Of a DNA stretch of 64,000 nucleotides, positions 37,961 to 49,550 are shown one piece after another. The DNA lies in NCBI GenBank assembly GCA_048013815.1, contig CM106585.1, positions 10,602,001 to 10,666,000 of the forward strand, read 5' to 3'. Below the pieces are notes generated by a model, which saw nothing but the letters and a program-made list of their open reading frames with translations, ran no database searches and had not been told where the DNA came from. Within the stretch, counting starts at the first letter, position 1. Each line of letters starts with the position of its first letter. Made by a program: the position numbers and the translations under genes. This DNA comes from Setoptus koraiensis (taxonomy: Eukaryota > Animalia > Arthropoda).

Positions 37961-38371
37961 ATGATGGATCTACAACAGTACCACCTGCCAGAGCAACAAT
38001 CAATCGATTATATGAATGGATTCATTCAATTGGACCAATCACCCAGCATCTTAGCCGTAAGTATTGCTTAGAAATTCCTCGAGATGTTCACAGTTCCTCT
38101 TACTAACAAACACAGCGTGTTATTGTATCAAAATATCTGTCTCTATCAGTTTCAAGTACCCGGCAGCTGCGCTCCTTTGACAAGCAATCAGGCTGGACCA
38201 GGCCTGACGGGCAAATACGTACATTTATTGAACGTGATTGAGGAGCTGGGAAAAGATATTAGGCCCACCTATGCTGGCTCCAAGACATCCATCGAGCGAC
38301 TCAAAAGGAACATAATACAAGCTAGGTTTGAAATAAGACAATGTTTGATAGAACTCGAAAGAACTAATTAG
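37961..38371 (+). CDS. CDK2AP1: CDK2-associated protein 1 (DOC-1); exons 37961-38058, 38150-38371
   Basis: [38 protein letters not shown] is the family core. A GTAAGT..TCAG intron joins in phase. Confidence 0.9.
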
Positions 38372-38700
38372 CTACTTGTACTAAATTTGTATCAACTTCA
38401 ATCAAATATACGACATGAAAAAAATTACGTGAGTTAGATATCGGAATCACAATCGCCATCCTCGTCCCGGTCAATCTTTCGCTGCCATGATTTTTTTTTT
38501 GTGCAGACTATACTTTTAGCCTTCAAATCTCGATAAACTCCATCGGATCGAGGATCTTTTCAAGATCAAGATTCGGCCCGAGTCGCTCGTATCATCCATC
38601 ACAGATAAATTTTCATGAGTGCTCTTACATTTTAAACTCCTCGTTCGAAAAAATATCCACCAGAGGCGCTGGCATCGTTCAGAAAATGCGCAGCCAAACG
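38352..38700 (-). pseudogene. Decayed partial tandem copy of the SRP68 3' half and 3' flank
   Basis: 38352-38480 aligns with 39357-39490, including the GRGW codons, with an in-frame TGA replacing a Trp codon. Further matches: gaggagtt[t/g]aaa, ct[c/t]atgaaaat, ggccgaatct. Confidence 0.7.
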
Positions 38701-38920
38701 CAGAATGTTTCATAAAATATTTTCTTTTTCTGATTGCTTGCTTTAGCATGCCCGTCAGCCGGCAGATCTGCGCAAGGGATCGTTTTGCTTATCTAATAAA
38801 CTACTCCTCATGATCGACTGGTGCTAGCTTCCACTGCTTATAAATATCATCGTCAAATGACATTATCACACACGCGGAGCCTAATCAATTCATAAGCTTC
38901 AGAACATACACCGCTTCAAA

Positions 38921-39349
38921 ATGGCCGACAAAAACCCGTCATCAACGAGAAAGGACACAACAACAACAAACACCACAACATCCACAACAACAACTACAAC
39001 AACACCCGAAACAACTTATGTAACCACGAAAACAACTGCAACCACCGCTAGCAATCAATGGATTCCACCAAACATCGGAAATCCAGATCTAGATCCTCTG
39101 TGTCAGCGGCCTCCTATCGGTCCATTCACTCCAAGCGGGATGCTCTTCGATCCACGCGACTTACTTCGTCGGGACCAACAGGGCCTCGATTCTCGACTCC
39201 CTCCTGGAGCTCGCTTTGATCCTTTTGGGCCTCCAGATCCTAGTGAAGTTGGTCCAGGTCGTGGACCCAAACAACCCAGGGACTTGAGGCCGAATCCTGA
39301 CCATTTTCCACCACCAGGACCAAAAGGACCGGGTGGAGGAATCTTTTAG
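38921..39349 (+). CDS. PSMF1: PI31/proteasome inhibitor, proline-rich C-terminal part only, with Thr-rich N-terminus
   Basis: IGNPDLDPL, GMLFDP, LPPGARFDPFGP and PNPDHFPPPG are the conserved PI31 tail motifs. Confidence 0.82.
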   Translation: MADKNPSSTRKDTTTTNTTTSTTTTTTTPETTYVTTKTTATTASNQWIPPNIGNPDLDPLCQRPPIGPFTPSGMLFDPRDLLRRDQQGLDSRLPPGARFDPFGPPDPSEVGPGRGPKQPRDLRPNPDHFPPPGPKGPGGGIF

Positions 39350-39453
39350 GACATGAAACTCAAAAGAACTAAGCTACTTGTGCTAAGTTTTTATCAATTT
39401 TAATCAATTATAAGATATGAAAAAAATACACAAGTTGGCTATCAGAATTACGC

Positions 39454-40383
39454 TCACCATCCTCGCCCCAGCCAACCTTTCACTAGACCGGTGACACCTC
39501 CCACCCTGGAAGACGACTGTTGTTGCTGGTCTTGCGAGTCTCCTTGAATTTGCATAGGGTCCTCTTGCGTTTCCTGGAATTCATCATCATCGTCTTCGTC
39601 GTCATCATCATTATAATCAGCTTCATCGTCTTCCGCGTCTCTATCAGATTCGGCCATATCCTTGATATGTACATGAGCGAGGTCGTGAAATTGAAGCTTG
39701 GATGGAATGTTAACATTTTCATAAGAGGCCTGAGTTCCCAGGCTATAGGCACAATAACGAAGCGATGCTTTCAACTCCTCTATTCTTTGTCTATAATGAT
39801 TTGCAACCTCGTCCTGTTTGATAGACAAGCAAAGCTTGAAATAAATAACTTGAGCCTTTTGATATGATTCTTTGGCCTCTTCCCAGTTGCCAACTTCAGA
39901 GTGGTACAGCCCAGTCATGTGGGCACTGTAGGCTTGAGCCTCTAGTTTAGTTCGCTCGTCGCAGACACTCGGCTGATCATTGCACAACTCTTCAAAACGT
40001 CGAGCGTGCCTAACGGCTCGAGCAAGGCGCCGCCTGAGATGGAACCTCTTTCTAGGTTGAGTTTCAAACTCTTGTTTGAGCTGCATTGCATAAGCCCAAG
40101 CCCTTTCAGCTAATACTAGAGGTATAAGAAGCATGCTCTCGCCTAATTTAATATTTTTGGCATGCAACTCGGCCACCATTTGATTTGTGATCAAATACAA
40201 TTTTCTACCACGCAAGTGTCTCGCCTTGGCCGAACTAGGGATTCCTTGATAGACATTGAGGGATCTCCTCATCCTATGGAGCCTCTTAGAACAATAGGTA
40301 CGATATCTCTGGTAGTTGTCATATTTCAGACCGTGCTGCGATTGTATCTCCTTAATGGATTCTAGTAGGGGATAGTGAACCAT
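39454..40383 (-). CDS. SRP68: Signal recognition particle subunit SRP68, short (309 aa)
   Basis: LLESIKEIQSQHGLKYDNYQRYRTYCSKRLHRMR, LAERAWAYAMQLK, RKRFHLRRRLARA, TKLEAQAY, LRYCAY; tail QFHDLA...GVTGLVKGWLG. Confidence 0.92.
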   Translation of the reverse strand: MVHYPLLESIKEIQSQHGLKYDNYQRYRTYCSKRLHRMRRSLNVYQGIPSSAKARHLRGRKLYLITNQMVAELHAKNIKLGESMLLIPLVLAERAWAYAMQLKQEFETQPRKRFHLRRRLARAVRHARRFEELCNDQPSVCDERTKLEAQAYSAHMTGLYHSEVGNWEEAKESYQKAQVIYFKLCLSIKQDEVANHYRQRIEELKASLRYCAYSLGTQASYENVNIPSKLQFHDLAHVHIKDMAESDRDAEDDEADYNDDDDEDDDDEFQETQEDPMQIQGDSQDQQQQSSSRVGGVTGLVKGWLGRGW

Positions 40384-40982
40384 GTCTCAACCTTATCTTA
40401 TGGTTCGATATTTTGAAGGAAAATAATCAATAATAAGCAATTTCTATATGAAAAAATGAGGCTTCCTGCCAATAAATGATGCAGACTTGGAAAATGTAGG
40501 TTACAGCTGTCTAGGTGTACAGCTTTTTATGTAATGGATCATAATGAACGCGCACAGTGGCACCCTTTATTTATCTTCTTTTGAGCGCGCCTTTCAAACA
40601 CGCTTCACTCTGAAAATCTGGCTGGAAATCTTTCAACTTCCATAAGAGTTTTCAGAATTTCATGGCCTAGCCAGTACGATCGGATGTAACGAGTATAGTA
40701 AATTGTTGTAGGGGTCATATTTTCAGTCATTTTTACACTCTGAAAACACCGCATAGGCCTTCAGAGTGCTGCTGAACTATACAAATATTTAATTGATGAG
40801 TTATTAAAGGCAAAATTAGTTTGAAAATATTTAGTCGACGAGTTATTCTTGAGTGACCCCTCTTAGAGTATTTGATTCTCTTTGGTCACTCTCAATGAGG
40901 ATGCAGTATTTAGTTGGTTATGTTAAGTTTCCGCAGCTTCACCACTGAAAGACTGACTACCGCAAACAGGTTGCGTTATCTT

Positions 40983-41292
40983 TCAGGTGGGCCAAACAAT
41001 GAAATCTTTTGCGTAAATCCATGAAAAGTATAGAATGGCGTTGACAGAACCAAGGACTATCGTATCTAATGATGTTTGATATTGATCGAGAATATAATGA
41101 ACAGGTCAGTGAATGGGTTATATCACAAATTTTCCTTTCTTTCTTTTTTTTTTTTTGTCCTGATTTCGCCGAATGAAGATACTTACTGAGAATTACTTTT
41201 TCCCATGGCTCAAGTAGATTAATAGACAACCTAGTCTCATATACAAAATACCATTCGCGAACAGTTTCAATCAAGGTTTTCTCTCTAGGCAT
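40983..41292 (-). CDS. SPTSS: Serine palmitoyltransferase small subunit (62 aa); exons 41292-41187, 41065-40983
   Basis: EWYFVYETRLSINLLEPWEKVIL|NTIVLGSV matches the LEPWE..(F/I)N motif. The spliced length is 189 nt, in frame. Confidence 0.8.
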
Positions 41293-42217
41293 AGAAACAG
41301 ATGGACGAACTGGAGGTTGCCATTTGAGAGGTTTCCTTCTGAAGATGGGCCAAGGTGGTACACACAATACACACGCCACAACAAATCCAGCTACATGTAA
41401 AAAGAAAGCTAGAGAGAATTGTTGCGAAACGAAGGCCCATACAGCACCAACAACCTGTTTGATAGTGTAGGAATGAGATATGGGATCTTCATCAGTATTG
41501 TTTCATTATTGCCAAAAGACTGTTTAGTGAACTGTGTTTACTTACGGTGCAGGATAAGATAATCAATTGAGACCACAATTCTGCGCGTCCCTGTCCCTCG
41601 TAATCCATGAGTGTGTTAGATGGTTCAGGTGACACGGCCAAAATGAAAGATAAAACTAGAAAAACTTTAGATTCCGACCTTTCGAAAAGATCGTAATTGC
41701 ATCAATGCTGAAAAGATTGTCAACTTATGCAAGAGTTCAGCTGTTTCACAAGAGTTAACTTGCTTCAGTGTTTCTGTTCGCCCGCGCTATTTGAACCCAT
41801 TTTTTCAATTTTTGTTTTAATGACACTGGCCAATCATTATGGAGTGACGCTGATAATCTTCTCGATAGTATGTTATTTTATCGATTTTGGTTGCTGGAGA
41901 TAGATCTTTCCTCTCGAATCTAATCTATCATTCGCGAATTCCTTCTATCTCTCATCCGAGGACCTGCTGAAACCTCAGTGAGAGTGGTGCTAGTGAGCAT
42001 AACCAACCATTAGTGAGTGAGTTCACGGATGTCAGCACAAAGCGCTTGCGAACAAGGATTGACCTTGACTCGTTTACTTCCATGTCAAATGTTTTTATTT
42101 ATTATTTATTATTATCTGATATCATCAGCACTAACTGTGCTTCATTCAATGATTCTTGACAAATCACAACTAATTTAAATAAATTAACCAATCGTGAGCA
42201 ATATTGACTCTACAAAA

Positions 42218-43078
42218 ATGCAGCATTCACTTACAATGGCTTCTAGGCTGCAATTGTTCCACACCATCGCCAGGATGAGTAGCTCAGCGGCCACTAAAAC
42301 AGCGGATAAATTATCTGAACGCACTTCGTTGATGAAGAAATTCAACATCTATCGTTGGGATCCAGATAAGCCCCATATAAAGCCGCATCTGCAGACTTAT
42401 GAGGTTGATCTGAACTCATGTGGACCCATGGTTTTGGATGCCTTGATAAAGATCAAAAATGAATTGGATCCCACGTTAACGTTTAGACGCTCGTGTCGTG
42501 AGGGAATTTGTGGATCTTGTGCAATGAATATAAATGGTACGAATAATCTTGCTTGTATATCTAAAATAGACAAGGACACCGCAAAAGCTATCAACATTTA
42601 TCCTCTTCCCCACATGTACGTTATCAAGGATTTAGTTCCAGATATGAACAATTTCTATGAACAGTACAAATCAATAGAACCTTGGCTTCAGCGCTCAGAT
42701 GAAGACGTCAAAAATCGAAAGCAAAATTTGCAAAGTGTCGAAGACCGAAAGAAGCTCGACGGACTATATGAATGCATCCTATGCGCCTGCTGCTCTACAT
42801 CTTGTCCTAGTTATTGGTGGAATGGCGATAGATATCTCGGCCCAGCCACACTGATGCAAGCCTATAGATGGGTCATTGACTCCCGTGATCAAGCCACAAA
42901 CAAAAGACTGGACAACCTAAGAGATCCCTTCTCTATCTACCGATGTCATACAATTATGAATTGCACACGTACATGCCCAAAAAGTTTGAATCCCGGAAGA
43001 GCAATCGGCGAGCTCAAGAAGCTCTTGTCTGGTTGGGCCACCAAGCAGACCCCTGAGCTCCAAGGACAAGCTCAGTGA
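42218..43078 (+). CDS. SDHB: Succinate dehydrogenase iron-sulfur subunit, intronless
   Basis: [49 protein letters not shown]. Confidence 0.98.
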   Translation: MQHSLTMASRLQLFHTIARMSSSAATKTADKLSERTSLMKKFNIYRWDPDKPHIKPHLQTYEVDLNSCGPMVLDALIKIKNELDPTLTFRRSCREGICGSCAMNINGTNNLACISKIDKDTAKAINIYPLPHMYVIKDLVPDMNNFYEQYKSIEPWLQRSDEDVKNRKQNLQSVEDRKKLDGLYECILCACCSTSCPSYWWNGDRYLGPATLMQAYRWVIDSRDQATNKRLDNLRDPFSIYRCHTIMNCTRTCPKSLNPGRAIGELKKLLSGWATKQTPELQGQAQ

Positions 43079-44017
43079 AAGTCAGATTGATCGATGAGTT
43101 TTCGCAAATTCGACAATACTACAGCCTAATCATAGTGACAGTGGCAACTGTCACTGTCTATCATGAAATCCAACGAATGACATCATCCGACTATCATATC
43201 AACTCCCTGACATCGACCACATGCATGACACTCGACACTGAAATTGGTTGAAACATTGAACTCGCTTATCGGCCTTAGATATTGAACGTTCTAAATAAAA
43301 CTCTACACTGATACTCTTTCAAATTTGAATTAATGATTCCTGTTGTCCAAAAATTATATCCCTGTTAATCTATATCTATTTAACTGACTATCCAACAACT
43401 TCTTCTCGAACACCAAAAATGAAATAAATTCAGTTGCACTCCAATGACAGTCCACTTAATCTTTTGCTGACATGATTTCAGGCATCGATTTCCTCGGAGA
43501 TCCAGCACTAATGGACGTGATGGATCAGTAAGAATCAGCTATCCTAGTCGATAACCCGAGACTAAAACATATTCAACATCTATTGCTGGCAGTAATCTTA
43601 CCGACAGTTTCGTGGGTCTGAAGGTGAAGCAAGCAATCAAAACTATGCGTTTTGTCGATCGATATCAATTCATTTTAGACCGGAGCACCGAGAAAGGAAT
43701 CGGCGAGGGAAGGAGAAATGGAGTTGAGGGAACTAAAATAGCAACAAGGAGGGAGCGATCTACAAATAGTGTGCATAGAAAAAGATGAAAAGTTGGAGAA
43801 CAGATACAATAGATGTGAATGTTTGACTGATCAGGAATTTCAAGCAGAAAATAAACTATATAGTATGAATAGAGCCTTCACTGTCAGCAGTGGTGAAGTC
43901 ATCCTTGAAATGGGTAGCTCAGTAATAAGCAATGAGCGGTGAGGCTGCCGAATCTTGAGTCACTCTTTTATAGTTTGATTGAAAGAGAATTGAAAATCTA
44001 TCTAGAATAAAACAACA

Positions 44018-45433
44018 ATGAGAGGCTCAAAATTGATGATATGCGTGATCTTAGTTGGTGGATTTTTATCCACCAGCGAAGTTCTCAGTGAAATTGTGAG
44101 AAAGGCACTGAACAAAAAACAGTGTGTCAAAATTATTGCAAAGATGGACACAGTCGACGAATTTCTGAACGTCGCGGCTCAACTCACTCCAGAAAATGAA
44201 GATATCGAGGTGTCACAAAATACACTAATTAATTCTTGCTTGCGTAGTGTGGAAGGACAAGAAGATATCGAGAGCCTGCGAAAAATTGTTCGAAAAGCAT
44301 CCGCAATTCACTCAGTATGTGAACCACAGTTCGCCGATCAATTGTTGCAGTACGATCGACAAATCAAAAACAATGCTGGTCGTGGCAAATATCTGCATCG
44401 CAAGAAGAAACACAGATTATCGCAATTCTTTAGGTTGTTCGCCGGACAAGTGGTGCTGACTTGCAAGAGATCGTTGGGACAGAAACTGCATTTGGCTGAG
44501 AAAAATTCAGAATTAGTGGGTGCAGTAGATAAAATCGTCGGATTGGCAGCAAAAAATGATGTTCGTTTCGATGATGCAAACACAAAAAATCTTTCACCTG
44601 TAATGCGAAAATTGCTTAGTATAACTAAGAAGTATGTCCCGAACCTATTGACAAAGATAGAAAATATCGTTTTGTTCGATTCGTTGAAACCTGAACCCGA
44701 TAAAGTATTTTCAACTAAGATTACAATGAATTCGGTTGGTATGCTAGAAGATTTCATGAAGATTAAGGGCGCCTGTGAGTTGATTGATGGTTACGCTCGA
44801 AGTTCAATCTACACCATTGCCAGATTAGCATGGCGAGGTTACTTGGCTCGAGACGAGCGGGGCAATCTAGATCAGAGCATCACAAATGATGAAAGAATAC
44901 AAAAATGGATCCGCGCAGTTCAATATTGTCAAGGTATCCTAATTGTGGATTTCAACGTCGATTTAGAGCAAGAGAGTCTTCTTGAATTCAGTGAAGAAGC
45001 TTCGAACGAGCAAGCAATTATCGTTGACGTAACAAATGATGAGCGACGAATTGGACAAGACTCTCCAGCGCATAGATATACTGAGATTACAGACAATGTT
45101 ACCACGTTTGATTCTGACCTTGAATGTTACACTTATTCGCGGGGCCTTAGAGGGTGGCTATTGAAACGAATAGGTAAGACTGAACGTCGCATAGCCAAAT
45201 TCATAAGGTTTTCCGCATTCGACGAATCATTCAGACAATCAATTATGAGTGATATAGAAGATTCCGAAGGCGAGGTACAGTTTGGTGGCACTCATCATCA
45301 TCACCATCCCCGACTTTATACCTCGTGTCTCGACAGATCTCCGGGTATTGAGATTGATATTGGCATTGTGATAGCAGTCTCAACCCTCCTTGCAGTTACA
45401 CTTTTTGAGTTTATTACGGCCTGCATGAGTTAA
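44018..45433 (+). CDS. Orphan 471-aa protein with signal peptide and C-terminal hydrophobic anchor
   Basis: Long intronless ORF with signal-like MRGSKLMICVILVGGFLSTS, scattered Cys, a His run and a terminal IGIVIAVSTLLAVTLFEFITAC. No family recognised. Confidence 0.75.
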   Translation: MRGSKLMICVILVGGFLSTSEVLSEIVRKALNKKQCVKIIAKMDTVDEFLNVAAQLTPENEDIEVSQNTLINSCLRSVEGQEDIESLRKIVRKASAIHSVCEPQFADQLLQYDRQIKNNAGRGKYLHRKKKHRLSQFFRLFAGQVVLTCKRSLGQKLHLAEKNSELVGAVDKIVGLAAKNDVRFDDANTKNLSPVMRKLLSITKKYVPNLLTKIENIVLFDSLKPEPDKVFSTKITMNSVGMLEDFMKIKGACELIDGYARSSIYTIARLAWRGYLARDERGNLDQSITNDERIQKWIRAVQYCQGILIVDFNVDLEQESLLEFSEEASNEQAIIVDVTNDERRIGQDSPAHRYTEITDNVTTFDSDLECYTYSRGLRGWLLKRIGKTERRIAKFIRFSAFDESFRQSIMSDIEDSEGEVQFGGTHHHHHPRLYTSCLDRSPGIEIDIGIVIAVSTLLAVTLFEFITACMS

Positions 45434-45901
45434 CCATTAATACTGATCATACATCATGTATGGCTTGGTGGGACCTACTATTGACAGATTTGAGAAATTT
45501 TCCGAACGACGATTCGGAAAATGAATAATCAAGAATGAAAAAAAATCGAATCTTTTTATTGACCACCGCGTTTATCAAGGGTGAGCGCAATCTTTAACTG
45601 TAGCAAAATCTCACGTGCAGCTTGTCAATTTTTCCGAGTTTTCATTTTTCTTTTGCACACAGCAATGTATTTAATTCGCCTGACAGGTGAATGTGAACAG
45701 ATAAATAAACAGTTATATCTACATTAACTGTTAGAGAATAGTCAATACTATCACATCTTGTGTATCACGTGACTTCGTACTGCTGTCGTTTCATATTGTG
45801 AAATTCATACACGTCGAGTCAGTGTACTGTCGAGATTTTGTACATCACGATTCAGACCCAGACCCAGCGACAATCGACAAGCGTTTCTGAGCGACATTGT
45901 C

Positions 45902-48250
45902 CTATGATTCTGTCCCTCTCGGTATGGCCAGCGTTGTGATACTGTTTGCTTTGACTGTGATTCGCCCCACTAACATTGTATCATTTGAAAATACATTCAC
46001 CAATTTATCTTCCGGGGCCTTGTTCAATATAACAACGGAATAATGTGATCTATCTGGCCTCTCAGCTGCTATGACTTTAACCGAAGAGTTGTCTGGCTTG
46101 CAGCTAGTTGAATTGAATAATTCACTGTCCAAGATTCGTGCATCTGGTTCGAAGAATCGTGAAAAATGCGCCAACACATAATACATGGGATTCTTGTAAT
46201 AAACTTGCTTGTCCTCATCGAACAAAATCGGCGCATCAACTGAGCGGGGAGAGAAAAACAAGCACATCAATTTATAAATTATTGTGCAAATGATTATTGA
46301 TTCATTTAGTTTTGGATGAAATGTGTATTTCGATGAGCCAGTTTGGCGAATTTGGCGAATATGAAGAATTCGGTGGATCCGGTTGATTTTGTTAGATTTG
46401 GTGTGCCAAATATCAAATCCACCGAGATTCACCAAATTGGCACATTTGATCGAATGTGCTCGCCCCCGCCCCCCCTTCCGAATTTTGGGCACCAAAATAC
46501 ACATTTAGTCCATCACTAGACTGATTAATTCAGCTAGTCTAAGTGCAACAAAGACTACTGCTCGCCATGACATACCATAGTTGCCAACCCAATTTGGGCC
46601 TCCTTCCATGTCCAGCACCATATTCCAGTCCACCCAACCTGCGTCGTATCTTTTTAGGGTCTACATACATTGCAGGACACACCGACAGTAGAATAATAAT
46701 AAATAGATAAATAATAATCATTAGCAATCAGGCAGTAAGACGAACGAGTGAGTTATTGTTCAGGCACTATGCTTACCTCGATTATGTCGTCGGCGTACTC
46801 CACGCCACTCTGCCATCGCCCAGGTTTAGGTGCGCCTGTATTGCATGCCTCGGTGGATAAAATTATGGCTGAATCTGGTAGTAGCTTTTTAATTTTTTCT
46901 AACGGTTCATAACCTCCACCTGGAAATTTACGCGTATACCAGTGAAGCGCAACACCGGACACGTATTGCATGGCCTCAGTGTCGTCTGTCATTGATTTCA
47001 CGTACTCTTCAATAAAATTCGAGCTGTCATCATGAACCAACAAATGAAGTTTGTCTTTTCCGAAGCCATTCTCGGCCAACCTCGGCCCCAAATTGTCTCT
47101 GACATAGTCGCGCAATTCATTTGCTTCGAACAACACTGCATTCCAGTAGATCAAATCCTCATAAGCAGCTCTTGGTTCATTTTGAGTGGTGATGCCCCAA
47201 AAGTCAACTCCGTGCGATTGGTATTCCTTCAAAAACCTAACGTGATATCTAGCGTAAGCATCGTAGTAGTCTTGTGAGCTATTTCCCTTCAGTTTACCCT
47301 TGAGCAAACTATCGTTTTCTTTCATCCAACCCGGCGAAGACCAAGCTGAACCAAACAAATTCAGTTTCTGCCCGCATTGAGCACAGTTCATCACAATATC
47401 CTGCGCCTGTTTAATAATCGGTATCTTCAATTCAATGTCCTCAGGTTGAAGCTTGAATCTAGTAAAATCTAAATCCTCTTTCACACCATCGTTGGTATCG
47501 TTAAGGTCTAAGTAGGAATAGTTACGCGATGAAAAGTCACTACCGCCAATTGGCACTCGACCTATGGTGTATCTTAAACCATTACTACCAAAATAATCCT
47601 CCAATGCGAATTTTCTCATCTCTGCAGTCATATGCTGCAGCTGAAGTGTGGCGGCATCAGTGAACGCACCTCCGAAACCAATAATCTTTTGCCTGGTTCT
47701 CTCAGGGTACAGACGAATCGTTAGTTCTTCCAAAGAATCGGCAGATTCACTATTTGATGTTGTGGGAGAGTCATCAGTGTCATTTATTCCGATAAGTTTC
47801 ATGACAAAACGTGCCCCACTCTTGTCCGTCTCAACAGCCAGTATTTCATTTTCGCTTGGCCAATTGAATTCAATTTTATCGCAATAGGTCTGATTGCAAA
47901 CGCATACGATATCAAATTCATCTGATTCGAAAGTATGCTTGGCACATCCTTGTGATTTAACTTCACCCACGTGGACTGTGACAAAATATTCGTTTGTTGT
48001 GATGTATGTTACACCATAAATGACGATGCGTAGGGGTACCGAGAAAGAGAATGAGCTTGTAAATAAGTACAAATCAAGCGATGTAATCATGATAGCTGAT
48101 AGGTTTCGGAATATGAGGGACACTTGTGAAACACTCACGAAATAGAAGTAAATACAAAGATATCAACACTTTAATTCCTGTGGCTAAATTTTCTTGACGA
48201 CCAACGGCTGTTGTTTTGCACTTTTTGGTTTGTTCAAAACTTCCTGCCAT
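45902..48250 (-). CDS. GBA: Lysosomal acid glucosylceramidase (GH30), full-length, 4 exons
   Basis: CVCNQTYCD, QKIIGFGGAFTDAA, GRVPIGGSDFS, SAWSSPGWMK, acid/base TQNEP, nucleophile STEAC, GWVDWNMVLD..GGPNW. Exon 1 has ATG at 48250 and a GTGAGT donor. Confidence 0.95.
46310..46515. mobile_element. Fold-back / MITE-like insertion in GBA intron 3
   Basis: Imperfect terminal inverted repeats (aaatgtgtattt ... aaatacacattt) and nested internal inverted repeats around atttgg-tgtg-ccaaat. Absent from the equivalent intron at 31755-31865. Confidence 0.6.
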
Positions 48251-48696
48251 TTCTATCGAAAGGTAGTCTTCGGAAAACAAGAAATCGGTATCTAGTTTTA
48301 GCTGTTCTTATCTGCCCGTCGTTGTTGCTGTATCATACTTCATAATTGTGTGTTCAGTGATTATTCTGTGTTTTATTTCACTTGTTGGAAGACGGCTCAC
48401 ACTATGCAGTCCATAGTATTTATATACTTTCCCTCTATGAGATATACTATGATTGACTTATTTCGAAACATGAAAGTTTCTTTCGAAATGGGATTAAAAA
48501 CGACAACAAGCAATAAACAATGGCATAGATCAATCAATGATTTAGTATTCATTGCTTTGGCATGCTTTGAACGAGCACTCGGCTTTTTCGGATAATCACT
48601 GAATGTGACAAAAAATATCGAGGCAAATAGATTAGATCACCTTTAGATGAATGGTCCGTTTCATTCGCTTTTTCACACAATATGTGATGCTCAGAT

Positions 48697-49196
48697 NNNN
48701 NNNNNNNNNNNNNNNNNNNNNNNNNNNNNNNNNNNNNNNNNNNNNNNNNNNNNNNNNNNNNNNNNNNNNNNNNNNNNNNNNNNNNNNNNNNNNNNNNNNN
48801 NNNNNNNNNNNNNNNNNNNNNNNNNNNNNNNNNNNNNNNNNNNNNNNNNNNNNNNNNNNNNNNNNNNNNNNNNNNNNNNNNNNNNNNNNNNNNNNNNNNN
48901 NNNNNNNNNNNNNNNNNNNNNNNNNNNNNNNNNNNNNNNNNNNNNNNNNNNNNNNNNNNNNNNNNNNNNNNNNNNNNNNNNNNNNNNNNNNNNNNNNNNN
49001 NNNNNNNNNNNNNNNNNNNNNNNNNNNNNNNNNNNNNNNNNNNNNNNNNNNNNNNNNNNNNNNNNNNNNNNNNNNNNNNNNNNNNNNNNNNNNNNNNNNN
49101 NNNNNNNNNNNNNNNNNNNNNNNNNNNNNNNNNNNNNNNNNNNNNNNNNNNNNNNNNNNNNNNNNNNNNNNNNNNNNNNNNNNNNNNNNNNNNNNN
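48697..49196. other. Assembly gap (500 N)
   Basis: Run of n characters. Confidence 1.
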
Positions 49197-49550
49197 CAGT
49201 CTCTTTTTAAAGTTATGTATTATCTCAGATATACCATTCTCCTCAAGGGATTTATCTCGCTTGGTCCATGCATATATGAGAAAACCAGAGAAAATACATG
49301 TTACAACGTATGGAACGAAGGTGCGCTGTTTTGCCACAAATCCGACAACATAGCCCTTTTTCATCTGTCCTAAAATGGTGACTGGCTTCTTGTCTCCAAC
49401 ACCACCATGTCTCGATTCATTTTTGTTATAAATATGAATACACTTAACCGGTTTAGTTGCTAATGAGGCCCCCTTTCTAAAGGCACTGATGTCGACAACC
49501 CTCAATCTGGTCAATTTAAATATCTGTGACCTCGCTTGTGTAATAAACAT
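49197..49550 (-). CDS. MRPL14: Mitochondrial ribosomal protein uL14m-like, incomplete or divergent next to the gap
   Basis: KLTRLRVVDIS...KCIHIYNK...GVGDK...GQMKKGYVVG matches mRpL14. The expected FDSNNVVLI segment is not seen, and similarity is lost after ~aa 80. Confidence 0.7.

Noticed and set aside
48549-49550. Long ORFs spanning the N gap
   Set aside because: Open only because N codons contain no stops.
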